Source: an uncultured bacterium (GTDB lineage Bacteria; Actinomycetota; Actinomycetes; S36-B12). Taken from it: a stretch of DNA of 64,000 bases. Where the stretch lies: positions 326,654-390,653 of the forward strand of contig CAVTOM010000007.1 of assembly GCA_963736365.1 (NCBI GenBank). The letters are read 5' to 3'. This document shows positions 56,874-64,000 of the stretch, one piece after another. The notes below the pieces were generated by a model that saw nothing but the letters and a program-made list of their open reading frames with translations, was not told where the DNA came from and made no database searches. Made by a program: the position numbers and the translations under genes. Within the stretch, counting starts at the first letter, position 1. Every line of letters starts with the position of its first letter.

Positions 56874-57947
56874 ATGAGCCAGTCACCGCTGCTGCGGATG
56901 ACACAGACCACCCCCACGTGCCTGTGGAACGACTCGGCCGACCCGGTCGAGCTGGCCCAGGCGATCGGCTGGGGCGCGGTGGGCGCGACCTGCAATCCCG
57001 TCATCGCGCTGGCCGCCCTCAAGGCGGATGCCCCGACCTGGTCCGGTCGCATCCGCGAGTACGCCGCCGAGCACCCCACCGCCACCGAGGACGAGATCGG
57101 CTGGGCGATGGTCCGGCGCCTGTCCATCGAGGCCGCCGCGCTGCTCGAGCCGGCGTTCGAGCGGTATGCGGGGATCAACGGCCGACTGTCGATCCAGACC
57201 GACCCGCGGCTCTACCGGGACCCGGCGGCGATCGTGGACCAAGCCGTCGAGTTCGCGTCGCTGGCCCCCAACATGATCGTCAAGATCCCGGTGACCACGG
57301 CAGGCGTCGAGGCCTTCGAGGAGGCCACCTACCGCGGGGTCAGCATCAACGCCACGGTGTCCTTCACGGTCGCGCAGGCCATCGCGGTGGCCGAGGCCGT
57401 CGAGCGCGGCCTGCGGCGCCGCGAGGCCGAGGGTCTCGACGTGAGCACCATGGGTCCGGTCTGCACGATCATGGTGGGCCGCACCGACGACTGGATGCGG
57501 GTGTCGGCCGAGCGGGACCAGATCACGGTGGACCCGGGGATCACGGAGTGGGCGGGGGTGGCGGTGTTCAAGAAGGCCTACTCGCTCTACCAGGAGCGGG
57601 GCTACCGCACGCGCCTGCTGTCCGCCGCGTTCCGCAACCACATGCACTGGAGCCAGTTCATCGGCGGGGACGTCGTCATCTCGCCGCCGTTCGGCTGGCA
57701 GAAGCGGCTGAACGCCAGCGGGATCGAGCCGACGCATCGGCTGCTCGATCCGGTGGATCCGCGTATCGTCGAGGACCTGTACGACAGTTTCGCCGAGTTC
57801 CGCAAGGCGTACGACGAGGATGGCCTCACACCGGCGCAGTTCACCGGCTACGGCGCCACCACCCGGACGCTTCGCCAGTTCCTCGCCGCCAACACGGAAC
57901 TGGAGGCCTTCGTCCGCGACGTCACGCTGCCGAACCCCGACCGCTGA
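56874..57947 (+). CDS. Transaldolase-family protein
   Basis: Intact ORF of 357 aa (TCLWNDSAD, GATCNP, and a Schiff-base Lys context MIVKIPVT). Confidence 0.85.
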   Translation: MSQSPLLRMTQTTPTCLWNDSADPVELAQAIGWGAVGATCNPVIALAALKADAPTWSGRIREYAAEHPTATEDEIGWAMVRRLSIEAAALLEPAFERYAGINGRLSIQTDPRLYRDPAAIVDQAVEFASLAPNMIVKIPVTTAGVEAFEEATYRGVSINATVSFTVAQAIAVAEAVERGLRRREAEGLDVSTMGPVCTIMVGRTDDWMRVSAERDQITVDPGITEWAGVAVFKKAYSLYQERGYRTRLLSAAFRNHMHWSQFIGGDVVISPPFGWQKRLNASGIEPTHRLLDPVDPRIVEDLYDSFAEFRKAYDEDGLTPAQFTGYGATTRTLRQFLAANTELEAFVRDVTLPNPDR

Positions 57948-57958
57948 GGAGGGCATGC

Positions 57959-58864
57959 ATGGAGGACACCGAGTTCGCGGACCGACTGGCGTCCATTCGG
58001 GAAACGCGGGCGCGACTGCCCGAGGTCGTCCGCAATCGCCACGCCACGCGTCGGCGCCGAGCGGTGGCGGGTCACTCCGCCCGGCTGCTGCTGATCGAGG
58101 CCGACCAGCCCGGAGCCGGCCTGCTCGCCACGCCCGGTGACGCCCACGGTCTGGCCGACCGAGGCGAGCTTCTCCGGCGCCTCGTCATCGCCCTGGCGAA
58201 CCCGCGCGTCGACGGCGTGATCGGGACGGCTGACCTGCTCGACGACCTGGCCCTGCTCGAGGTGGTCGAGCGCAAGCTCCTCGTCGGCTCGATGAACCAC
58301 GGGGGCACGGCGGGATCGCCGTTCGTGGCCGGGGCCTTCTCGGGCTACGACGCGGAGACCATCGTCGCCAGCCACCTGGACGGTGGCCGCCTCGTCGTGC
58401 GGATCGACCCCGGCGACCCGCGCAGTGAGTCCGTGGTCGAGGCATGCGGCCGTGCGGTGACGGAACTGTCGGGCGCGACGACGATGGCTCTCGTCGCGCC
58501 GCTGTGGTGTGCCCGCGACGGCGGGGAGTCGCGTGAGGACCGCTCGGTCAGTGCCGTCATGCGGGCGACGACGATCGCCGCCGGCCTTGGTGCGCGGTCG
58601 GGCTTCACGTGGCTCGTGCTGCCCGCGATCGACGGGCTGGCATCCGTGACGCGGGCCGTGACGCTTCCCGCCCTGGTGCACGCGGAGGGCGACGTGGCCG
58701 ACCGGCTGGAGTCCTGGCGCGAGGCCCTGCGCGCACCCGGCACGCGGGGCATCGTCCTGTCCGCCGCGAGCCTGTTCCCCGCCGACGGTGACGTCGAAGC
58801 CTGTGTGGAAGCCGTCGCCGGCCTGGTGCACGGCGCCGACGACGGGCAAGGAGCGCGCGGATGA
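57959..58864 (+). CDS. (Beta/alpha)8 aldolase-like protein (tentatively Cgl0159 family)
   Basis: The ATG at 57959 is 6 nt after GAGGAGG (MEDTEFADRLASIRETR...). It gives 301 aa at the end of ORF 56810..58864. Its stop overlaps the next start (ATGA). Confidence 0.7.
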   Translation: MEDTEFADRLASIRETRARLPEVVRNRHATRRRRAVAGHSARLLLIEADQPGAGLLATPGDAHGLADRGELLRRLVIALANPRVDGVIGTADLLDDLALLEVVERKLLVGSMNHGGTAGSPFVAGAFSGYDAETIVASHLDGGRLVVRIDPGDPRSESVVEACGRAVTELSGATTMALVAPLWCARDGGESREDRSVSAVMRATTIAAGLGARSGFTWLVLPAIDGLASVTRAVTLPALVHAEGDVADRLESWREALRAPGTRGIVLSAASLFPADGDVEACVEAVAGLVHGADDGQGARG

Positions 58865-60042
58865 TCACTCCGACGGGTGCCGCGAGGTGGCTGTCGCCCG
58901 AGGACTGCGACCTCGCGGACCTGGTCGCTCTCACCTCCGTGCCGACCCTGCTCGAGGACTACCCGTACGCGCGCCGCCTGGTGGACGGCGTCCTCGTCTA
59001 CGAGCGTGAGCTGATCGCCGCCGCGATGTCGGATCCCGTCGAGCGACGGCTCCTGCAGGCCGAGCTCGTCCGGGCGCTGTCCGACGGGCCGGGCGTCGTG
59101 GCGTTCCGTGGCGCCTTCGCGGACCGGCAGGTGCTGGCCGCGGTGACCGCGGCGTTCGAGGAGATCATCGCCGAGCAGCGCGCCGCTGGTGGGCCGGCCG
59201 GTGACCACTTCGGGGCACCGGGGGCCAACGACCGCATCTGGAACGCGCTGGAGAAGCTGGCGGTGCGGGCTCCGGACCTGTTCGTCCGGTACTACGCGAA
59301 CGACGTCCTCGCCCTGGTGTCGCAGGCGTGGCTCGGCCCGCACTACCAGGTGACCTCGCAGGTCAACGTGGTCAATCCCGGCGGGGCCGCCCAGGCCGCC
59401 CACCGCGACTACCACCTCGGATTCCAGTCCCGCGAGTCGGTGATCGAGTACCCGTCGCAGGTGCACGCGCTGTCCCCCTACCTCACCCTCCAGGGTGCGA
59501 TCGCGCACACGGACATGCCGGTCGAGAGCGGTCCCACGCAGCTGCTTCCGCGGTCCCAGGCGTATCTGCCCGGCTACGTCGCATGGCGGCTCCCGGAGTT
59601 CCGTCGCTACTTCGAGGAGAGCTTCGTCCAGCTCCCGCTCGCCGCAGGGGACGCCGTCTTCTTCAACCCGGCGCTGTTCCACGCGGCCGGCACCAATCGG
59701 ACCTCGGACGTGCGCCGGATGGCGAACCTCGTGCAGGTGTCGTCGGCCTTCGGTCGGGCCATGGAGACCATCGACCGCGAGCGGGTGTGCGCGGCGATCT
59801 ACGACGACCTGGTGAAGGCGCAGCTCACCGAGGGCTGGGACCCACGGGCGATCGACAACGTCGTCAGCGCCAGTGCCGAGGGGTACGCCTTCCCGACCAA
59901 TCTGGACCGGGACCAGCCGGTCGACGGCCTGGCGCCACCCACCCAGGCCGACCTCGTGCGCCAGGCGCTCGCCGAGGGCTGGGATCACGACGACCTGGTG
60001 CGTCGCCTCGCGCAGCAGGCCGACCGGACGCGGACACGGTAG
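58861..60042 (+). CDS. Phytanoyl-CoA dioxygenase (PhyH) family Fe(II)/2-oxoglutarate oxygenase
   Basis: Intact ORF of 393 aa with an HxD motif (AAHRDYH) and a distal His (AIAHTDMP). Confidence 0.8.
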   Translation: MITPTGAARWLSPEDCDLADLVALTSVPTLLEDYPYARRLVDGVLVYERELIAAAMSDPVERRLLQAELVRALSDGPGVVAFRGAFADRQVLAAVTAAFEEIIAEQRAAGGPAGDHFGAPGANDRIWNALEKLAVRAPDLFVRYYANDVLALVSQAWLGPHYQVTSQVNVVNPGGAAQAAHRDYHLGFQSRESVIEYPSQVHALSPYLTLQGAIAHTDMPVESGPTQLLPRSQAYLPGYVAWRLPEFRRYFEESFVQLPLAAGDAVFFNPALFHAAGTNRTSDVRRMANLVQVSSAFGRAMETIDRERVCAAIYDDLVKAQLTEGWDPRAIDNVVSASAEGYAFPTNLDRDQPVDGLAPPTQADLVRQALAEGWDHDDLVRRLAQQADRTRTR

Positions 60043-60054
60043 GCGGGAGCCGTC

Positions 60055-60639
60055 ATGCCCCTCATCGAGCGCACGGCGTGCGTCCTGGTCGTCGTCGATG
60101 CGCAGGACGGCTTCTACGGGCCGAGCCGGTCGGACGTGGACCGTGCGCGGATGCGCGCGGCGCTCGACACGGCGGCCTGGGTGGCGGGGCTGGCCACCGC
60201 GCTGCGGGTGCCGGTGGTCGTCACGGAGGAGGACGCGGTCACCAACGGGCCGACCGACCCGGAGGTCGCCCGCGCGGTCGGAGCCGCAGCCCGATTCGAC
60301 AAGACAGTGTTCGGGGCGGCGGACAATCCCGCGATCGCGGCGGCCGTCCGGATGACGAGGGCCAGCACCGTGGTGCTGGTGGGGATGGAGACCGACGTGT
60401 GCATCGCGCACTCGGCCCTGGGATGGCAGGCGGAGGGGCTGCGCAGCGTCGTGGTGCACGACGCGGTGTTCTCTGCGGGGCAGGGGCACGTCAACGGGAT
60501 CCGGCGCCTGGCCCGCGAGGGCGTCGAACTGGTGTCGGCCAAGGAGCTGTACTACGACTGGCTGCGCAGCCTGGCGGCGGTCCGTCGATTCGACGCGGAG
60601 CACCCCGGGCTCGCCCAGCCGCCGGGGTTCAGCCTGTAG
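60055..60639 (+). CDS. Isochorismatase-family cysteine hydrolase
   Basis: Intact ORF of 194 aa with a D-K-C triad context (VVVDAQDGF, FDKTVF, GMETDVCI). Confidence 0.85.
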   Translation: MPLIERTACVLVVVDAQDGFYGPSRSDVDRARMRAALDTAAWVAGLATALRVPVVVTEEDAVTNGPTDPEVARAVGAAARFDKTVFGAADNPAIAAAVRMTRASTVVLVGMETDVCIAHSALGWQAEGLRSVVVHDAVFSAGQGHVNGIRRLAREGVELVSAKELYYDWLRSLAAVRRFDAEHPGLAQPPGFSL

Positions 60640-61120
60640 CGCTGGACGGACCCTTGAGGTCGCGCAGGCACGCGACGAGGAACTGGTGGTCCTCGACCTC
60701 GGGGAGCCCGGAGGCGTAGAAGCCGCCGACCACGCCGACGCCCGCCACGATGATCGGCATGCCGCCTCCGTGCGAGGCGTACTCGAGCTCGCTGAGCCCG
60801 GTCGACTCGTTGAAGGTCGTGCCCCGCTCCTGGTACTTCACCTTGGTCGCGAGCGTCGACCGGTGATACCGCTCGACCACTCGGCGCTTGCGCGCGATCC
60901 AGTCGTCGGAGTCCGGCAGTGAGCCCGGCAGGGCGGCGCGGTAGACGAGGCGACCGAGGTGGTGCACCTCGATCACGATGGCGAGGTCCTGCGTGATGGC
61001 CCGGTCCGTGGCCAGCAGCCCGAGCGCAACCGCCTCCGCCGGGCTGAAGGTGGGCAACTCGAGCTCGGCGAGTTCCGCAGCCAGCTGCTCGCTGGTGTAC
61101 CCGCCCGTGGTGTCCGACAT
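60629..61120 (-). CDS. GlcG/HbpS-like heme-degrading-domain protein (UPF0303)
   Basis: Intact ORF of 163 aa (...HGGGMPIIVAGVGVVGGFYASGLPEVEDHQF...). Confidence 0.8.
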   Translation of the reverse strand: MSDTTGGYTSEQLAAELAELELPTFSPAEAVALGLLATDRAITQDLAIVIEVHHLGRLVYRAALPGSLPDSDDWIARKRRVVERYHRSTLATKVKYQERGTTFNESTGLSELEYASHGGGMPIIVAGVGVVGGFYASGLPEVEDHQFLVACLRDLKGPSSATG

Positions 61121-61159
61121 GGGCCCACCCTAGCCGCGCGCGTCAGGCGTGCCGACGGC

Positions 61160-64000
61160 TCAGGCCGGGGGTGCGGGGGTCATCGCGACGATGAGATCGC
61201 CGGGCTCGACCTGCGCCTTGTCCTGGACATGGACGGCATCGACGGTGCCGGCGGTACCCGCCGTGACAGCCGACTCCATCTTCATCGCCTCGATGATGGC
61301 GACCTTGTCGCCGGCCTGCACCTGGTCGCCGGGCTTCACGAGCACGCTGATGACGCCGGGCACCGAGGCGCCGAGGTGCCCCGGGTTGCCGGCCTCGGCC
61401 TTGGGGCGGACGTTCGCGGTCCTGGGCGCCCGCTCGTCCACGACGCGCAGCGCGATCGGCTGGCCGTTGGCGCGCAGGTGAACGCTGCGCCGCCCCGCCT
61501 CGTCGAGGTCGCCGATCGCGTCGAGGTCCACGAACATCTGCTGGCCCGGCGCGATGTCGATCGCCACGGTGCTGCCCGGCTGGAGGCCGTACAGGTAGGC
61601 GTGGGTCGGCAGCAGCGACACGTCGCCGTACGTCCGACGGGACGCCTCGAATCCGGCCGCCTCCGCGGGCAGCATCAGCCGGGTCAGCGCGGCCCTGCGC
61701 GAGGCCGGGTCGGACAGGGCGGCCCGATCGGCCGCGTTGAACACCGGATCCGCCAGCGGCGGCTTGCCCGCGAGCACCTGGCTGGTGAAGGGCTCGAGGA
61801 AGCCGCCCTCGGGGACGCCGAGCTGGCCCTGCAGGAAGGCGATGACGGACGCGGGCAGGTCGTGGCGGGCCGGGTCGGCGTCGAGCTCCGCGCGCGTCAC
61901 GCCGGCGGCGACCATCCATACGGCAAGGTCGCCGACGACCTTGCTGCTCGGGGTCACCTTCACCGGGCGCCCCAGCAGCAGGTTGGCCTCGTGGTACGCC
62001 TCGAGGACCTCGGCGAAACGGCCACCGACGCCGAGGGCGTCGGCCTGCGCGCGCAGGTTCGACAGCTGCCCGCCTGGTACCTCGTGCCGGTACACGCTCG
62101 TGGCCGGCGAGCGCTGGCCCGCCTCGAACGGGGCGTACAGGTCGCGGACGGCGGACCAGTACGGCTCGAGAGCCGCGGCGTCGCCGAGGGCGAGGCCACC
62201 GCCGGCCGCCGGGTCGCGATCGGTGTGCGCGAGCGCGGCGAGCAGCGCGCCCAGGCTGGGCTGGCTCCCGCCGGAGGCCAGCGGTGCGGACGCGCAGTCG
62301 ACGCCGTCCACCCCCGCGGCGATGGCGGCGAGATAGGTGGCCAACTGACCGCCGGCGGTGTCGTGGGTGTGCAGGCGCACCGGCAGGTCGAACCGATCGC
62401 GCAGCGACCGCACGAGGACGTCGGCGGCTGGCGGTCGGAGCAGTCCGGCCATGTCCTTGATGACCAGGCCATGCGCGCCCGCCTGGACGTACTGCTCGGC
62501 GATGCGCAGGTAGTAGTCGAGCGTGTAGGTGGTCTCGGCCGGGTCGAGCAGGTCGGAGGTGTAGCAGATGGCGCCCTCGGCGTAGCCGCCGTGCTCGCGC
62601 ACGGCGTCGATGACCGGTCGGGTCTTGGCGACGGAGTTCAGCGCGTCGAACACCCGGAAGACGTCCATGCCGGCCTGGCGTGCCTCGCCCACGAACGCCG
62701 TGACGACGTCCTCCGGGTACGGGGCGTACCCCAGGGCGTTGCGGCCCCGGATGAGCATCTGGGTCATCACCCCGGGAGCGGCGGACCGCAGGAGCTCCAG
62801 CCGCGTCCACGGGTCGTCGCCCAGGAAGCGCAGCGCTGCGTCGAAGGTGGCGCCGCCCCAGCACTCGAGGCTGAACAGCCCCGGCAGCGCGGCCGCCTGC
62901 GCCCTCGCGCCGGCGACCAGGTCGCGCGTACGGACGCGGGTCGCGAGCAGGGACTGGTGGGCATCGCGCAGAGTCGTGTCCGTCACCGTGACGTGGCCGA
63001 GCCCCCGCAGCCAGGCGGCCAGCGCCTCGGGGCCGGCCTCGTCGAGGACCTGCTTGGCGGTCTGGATCGGGCGCTCACGCGCCGCCGGGTCGGCGGGAAG
63101 CAGGGCCGTGGGGTCCTGCAGGCTCGTGCGCGCCTCGCCGTTCGGGCGGTTGACGGTCACCTCGGACAGCCTCAGCAGGAGGCCGGACGCAGCCCCCAGC
63201 GAGGCTCCCGGCATGGCTGACATCAGCGAGGGGTGCTCGTCGAGGAAGGCCGTGGTGAGGTCGCCGGCCAGGAAGTCCGGGTCGCTCAGCAGGGCGCGCA
63301 GGAAGCTCACGTTCGTCGCGACACCGCGGACCTGGAACTCCGACAGTGCCCGTCGCGCGCGGCGGGCGGCGCTGGTGAAGTCGGCGCCGCTGGTGGTCAG
63401 CTTGACCAGCAGCGAGTCGTAGAAGGGCGTGACGTCGGCGCCGGCGTACGTGGCACCGTCGAGCCGCACGCCGGGGCCGCCGGGCGAGCGGTAGACGACG
63501 ATCGTGCCGGTCGCCGGCCGGAAGTCGTCGGAGGGGTCCTCCGTCGTGAGCCGGCACTGGATGGCGCTGCGCTGGACGCTGATGCCCTCCTGCGCGATGC
63601 CGAGGTCCGCCAGGGACTCGCCGCGGCAGATGCGCAGCTGCGACAGCACGAGGTCGATCCCGGTGACCTCCTCGGTCACGGTGTGCTCGACCTGGATGCG
63701 CGGGTTCATCTCGATGAAGGAGTAGCCGTAGCCCGCCACGTGCGCGGGCGCCCGACCCTGCGGATCGGTCCAGACGAGGAACTCGACGGTGCCGGCCGCC
63801 TTGTAGGCGACCTCGCGGGCGAAGCTGACGGCGTCGGCGCACAGGCGCTCGACCAGCTCGCGGGGCAGGCCGGGTGCCGGCGCGATCTCGACGACCTTCT
63901 GGTGCCGGCGCTGCACGGAGCAGTCGCGCTCGTACAGGTGGACGACGTTGCCGAGGCCGTCGGCGAGGATCTGCACCTCGACGTGACGCGGTCGCACGAC
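61160..64000 (-). CDS. pyc: Pyruvate carboxylase, C-terminal ~946 aa (the 5' end lies beyond the window)
   Basis: The frame is open to the window edge. It has a biotin carboxylase C-terminal part (ERDCSVQRRHQKVVEIAPA), a carboxyltransferase domain (HTHDTAGG) and a biotinyl Lys (IIEAMKMES). Confidence 0.93.
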   Translation of the reverse strand, partial: VVRPRHVEVQILADGLGNVVHLYERDCSVQRRHQKVVEIAPAPGLPRELVERLCADAVSFAREVAYKAAGTVEFLVWTDPQGRAPAHVAGYGYSFIEMNPRIQVEHTVTEEVTGIDLVLSQLRICRGESLADLGIAQEGISVQRSAIQCRLTTEDPSDDFRPATGTIVVYRSPGGPGVRLDGATYAGADVTPFYDSLLVKLTTSGADFTSAARRARRALSEFQVRGVATNVSFLRALLSDPDFLAGDLTTAFLDEHPSLMSAMPGASLGAASGLLLRLSEVTVNRPNGEARTSLQDPTALLPADPAARERPIQTAKQVLDEAGPEALAAWLRGLGHVTVTDTTLRDAHQSLLATRVRTRDLVAGARAQAAALPGLFSLECWGGATFDAALRFLGDDPWTRLELLRSAAPGVMTQMLIRGRNALGYAPYPEDVVTAFVGEARQAGMDVFRVFDALNSVAKTRPVIDAVREHGGYAEGAICYTSDLLDPAETTYTLDYYLRIAEQYVQAGAHGLVIKDMAGLLRPPAADVLVRSLRDRFDLPVRLHTHDTAGGQLATYLAAIAAGVDGVDCASAPLASGGSQPSLGALLAALAHTDRDPAAGGGLALGDAAALEPYWSAVRDLYAPFEAGQRSPATSVYRHEVPGGQLSNLRAQADALGVGGRFAEVLEAYHEANLLLGRPVKVTPSSKVVGDLAVWMVAAGVTRAELDADPARHDLPASVIAFLQGQLGVPEGGFLEPFTSQVLAGKPPLADPVFNAADRAALSDPASRRAALTRLMLPAEAAGFEASRRTYGDVSLLPTHAYLYGLQPGSTVAIDIAPGQQMFVDLDAIGDLDEAGRRSVHLRANGQPIALRVVDERAPRTANVRPKAEAGNPGHLGASVPGVISVLVKPGDQVQAGDKVAIIEAMKMESAVTAGTAGTVDAVHVQDKAQVEPGDLIVAMTPAPPA

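Noticed and set aside
54751-63220. Very long ORFs antisense to recognised genes. Examples are 54751..56904(-) 717 aa, 58345..60603(-) 752 aa and 60959..63220(+) 753 aa. Elsewhere in the window there are 34787..36868(-), 14871..16214(-) and 530..1441(-).
   Set aside because: Their products are Arg/Gly/Pro/Ala/His-rich low-complexity strings with no motifs. They exactly shadow genes with clear family signatures on the other strand or frame. This is the usual stop-codon-poor artefact of very GC-rich DNA.
1-64000. CRISPR arrays, tRNA/rRNA genes, IS elements, integrases and prophage genes.
   Set aside because: I found no spaced direct repeats, no T-loop-type GGTTCGAATCC-like motifs, and no transposase or integrase-like ORFs while reading both strands. 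This was a search by eye only.

Overview
This is a very GC-rich, actinobacterial-type chromosomal segment (Micrococcales/Propionibacteriales-like gene content and codon bias). I count about 65 protein-coding genes on both strands. I found no rRNA, tRNA, CRISPR array, IS element or prophage.

Gene content, in order along the window:
- A translationally coupled GT1 / unknown / GH130 / cupin glycan module (1-3427).
- A PAS-GGDEF-EAL gene, then rifampin ADP-ribosyltransferase (arr).
- A secreted EEP nuclease/phosphatase, an aldo-keto reductase and a PPOX/F420 enzyme.
- An Imm-family membrane protein, a K+ channel flanked by two RCK domains, and a NERD + SF1 helicase (Nhi-like defence candidate).
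- A P450 / SDR / HAD / FAD-oxidoreductase / MOSC block.
- Class I fructose-bisphosphate aldolase, a LacI regulator, a ClC channel, PBP4 (dacB), DsbA and a SIMPL lipoprotein.
- A matrixin-like protease, the LemA-DUF2207 pair, a DEAD-box helicase, a SulP transporter and a UbiA prenyltransferase.
- An MFS / oxidoreductase / SDR operon and a membrane diguanylate cyclase.
- pta-ackA and an Opu-type betaine ABC system.
- A secreted transglycosylase-like protein behind a 450-bp leader, and a LysR regulator.
- A GntR-controlled operon (mmsA, transaldolase-like, Cgl0159-type TIM barrel, PhyH dioxygenase, isochorismatase-like hydrolase).
- The 3' two-thirds of pyruvate carboxylase.

The most striking signal at sequence level is that 14 otherwise well-conserved genes can only be read by switching frame, at roughly three dozen sites by hand count. 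Every shift I could resolve goes to the +1 frame in the direction of translation, which is the signature of a single-base insertion. The sites are strongly clustered, while stretches of 10-16 kb are clean. Assembly insertion errors are the most likely explanation, and real pseudogenisation is the alternative.

The best candidates for uncharacterised biology are the NERD-helicase locus with its divergent membrane and zinc-ribbon genes, and the GntR-regulated catabolic operon of unknown substrate. All functional calls rest on motif recognition by eye. No database search was run.
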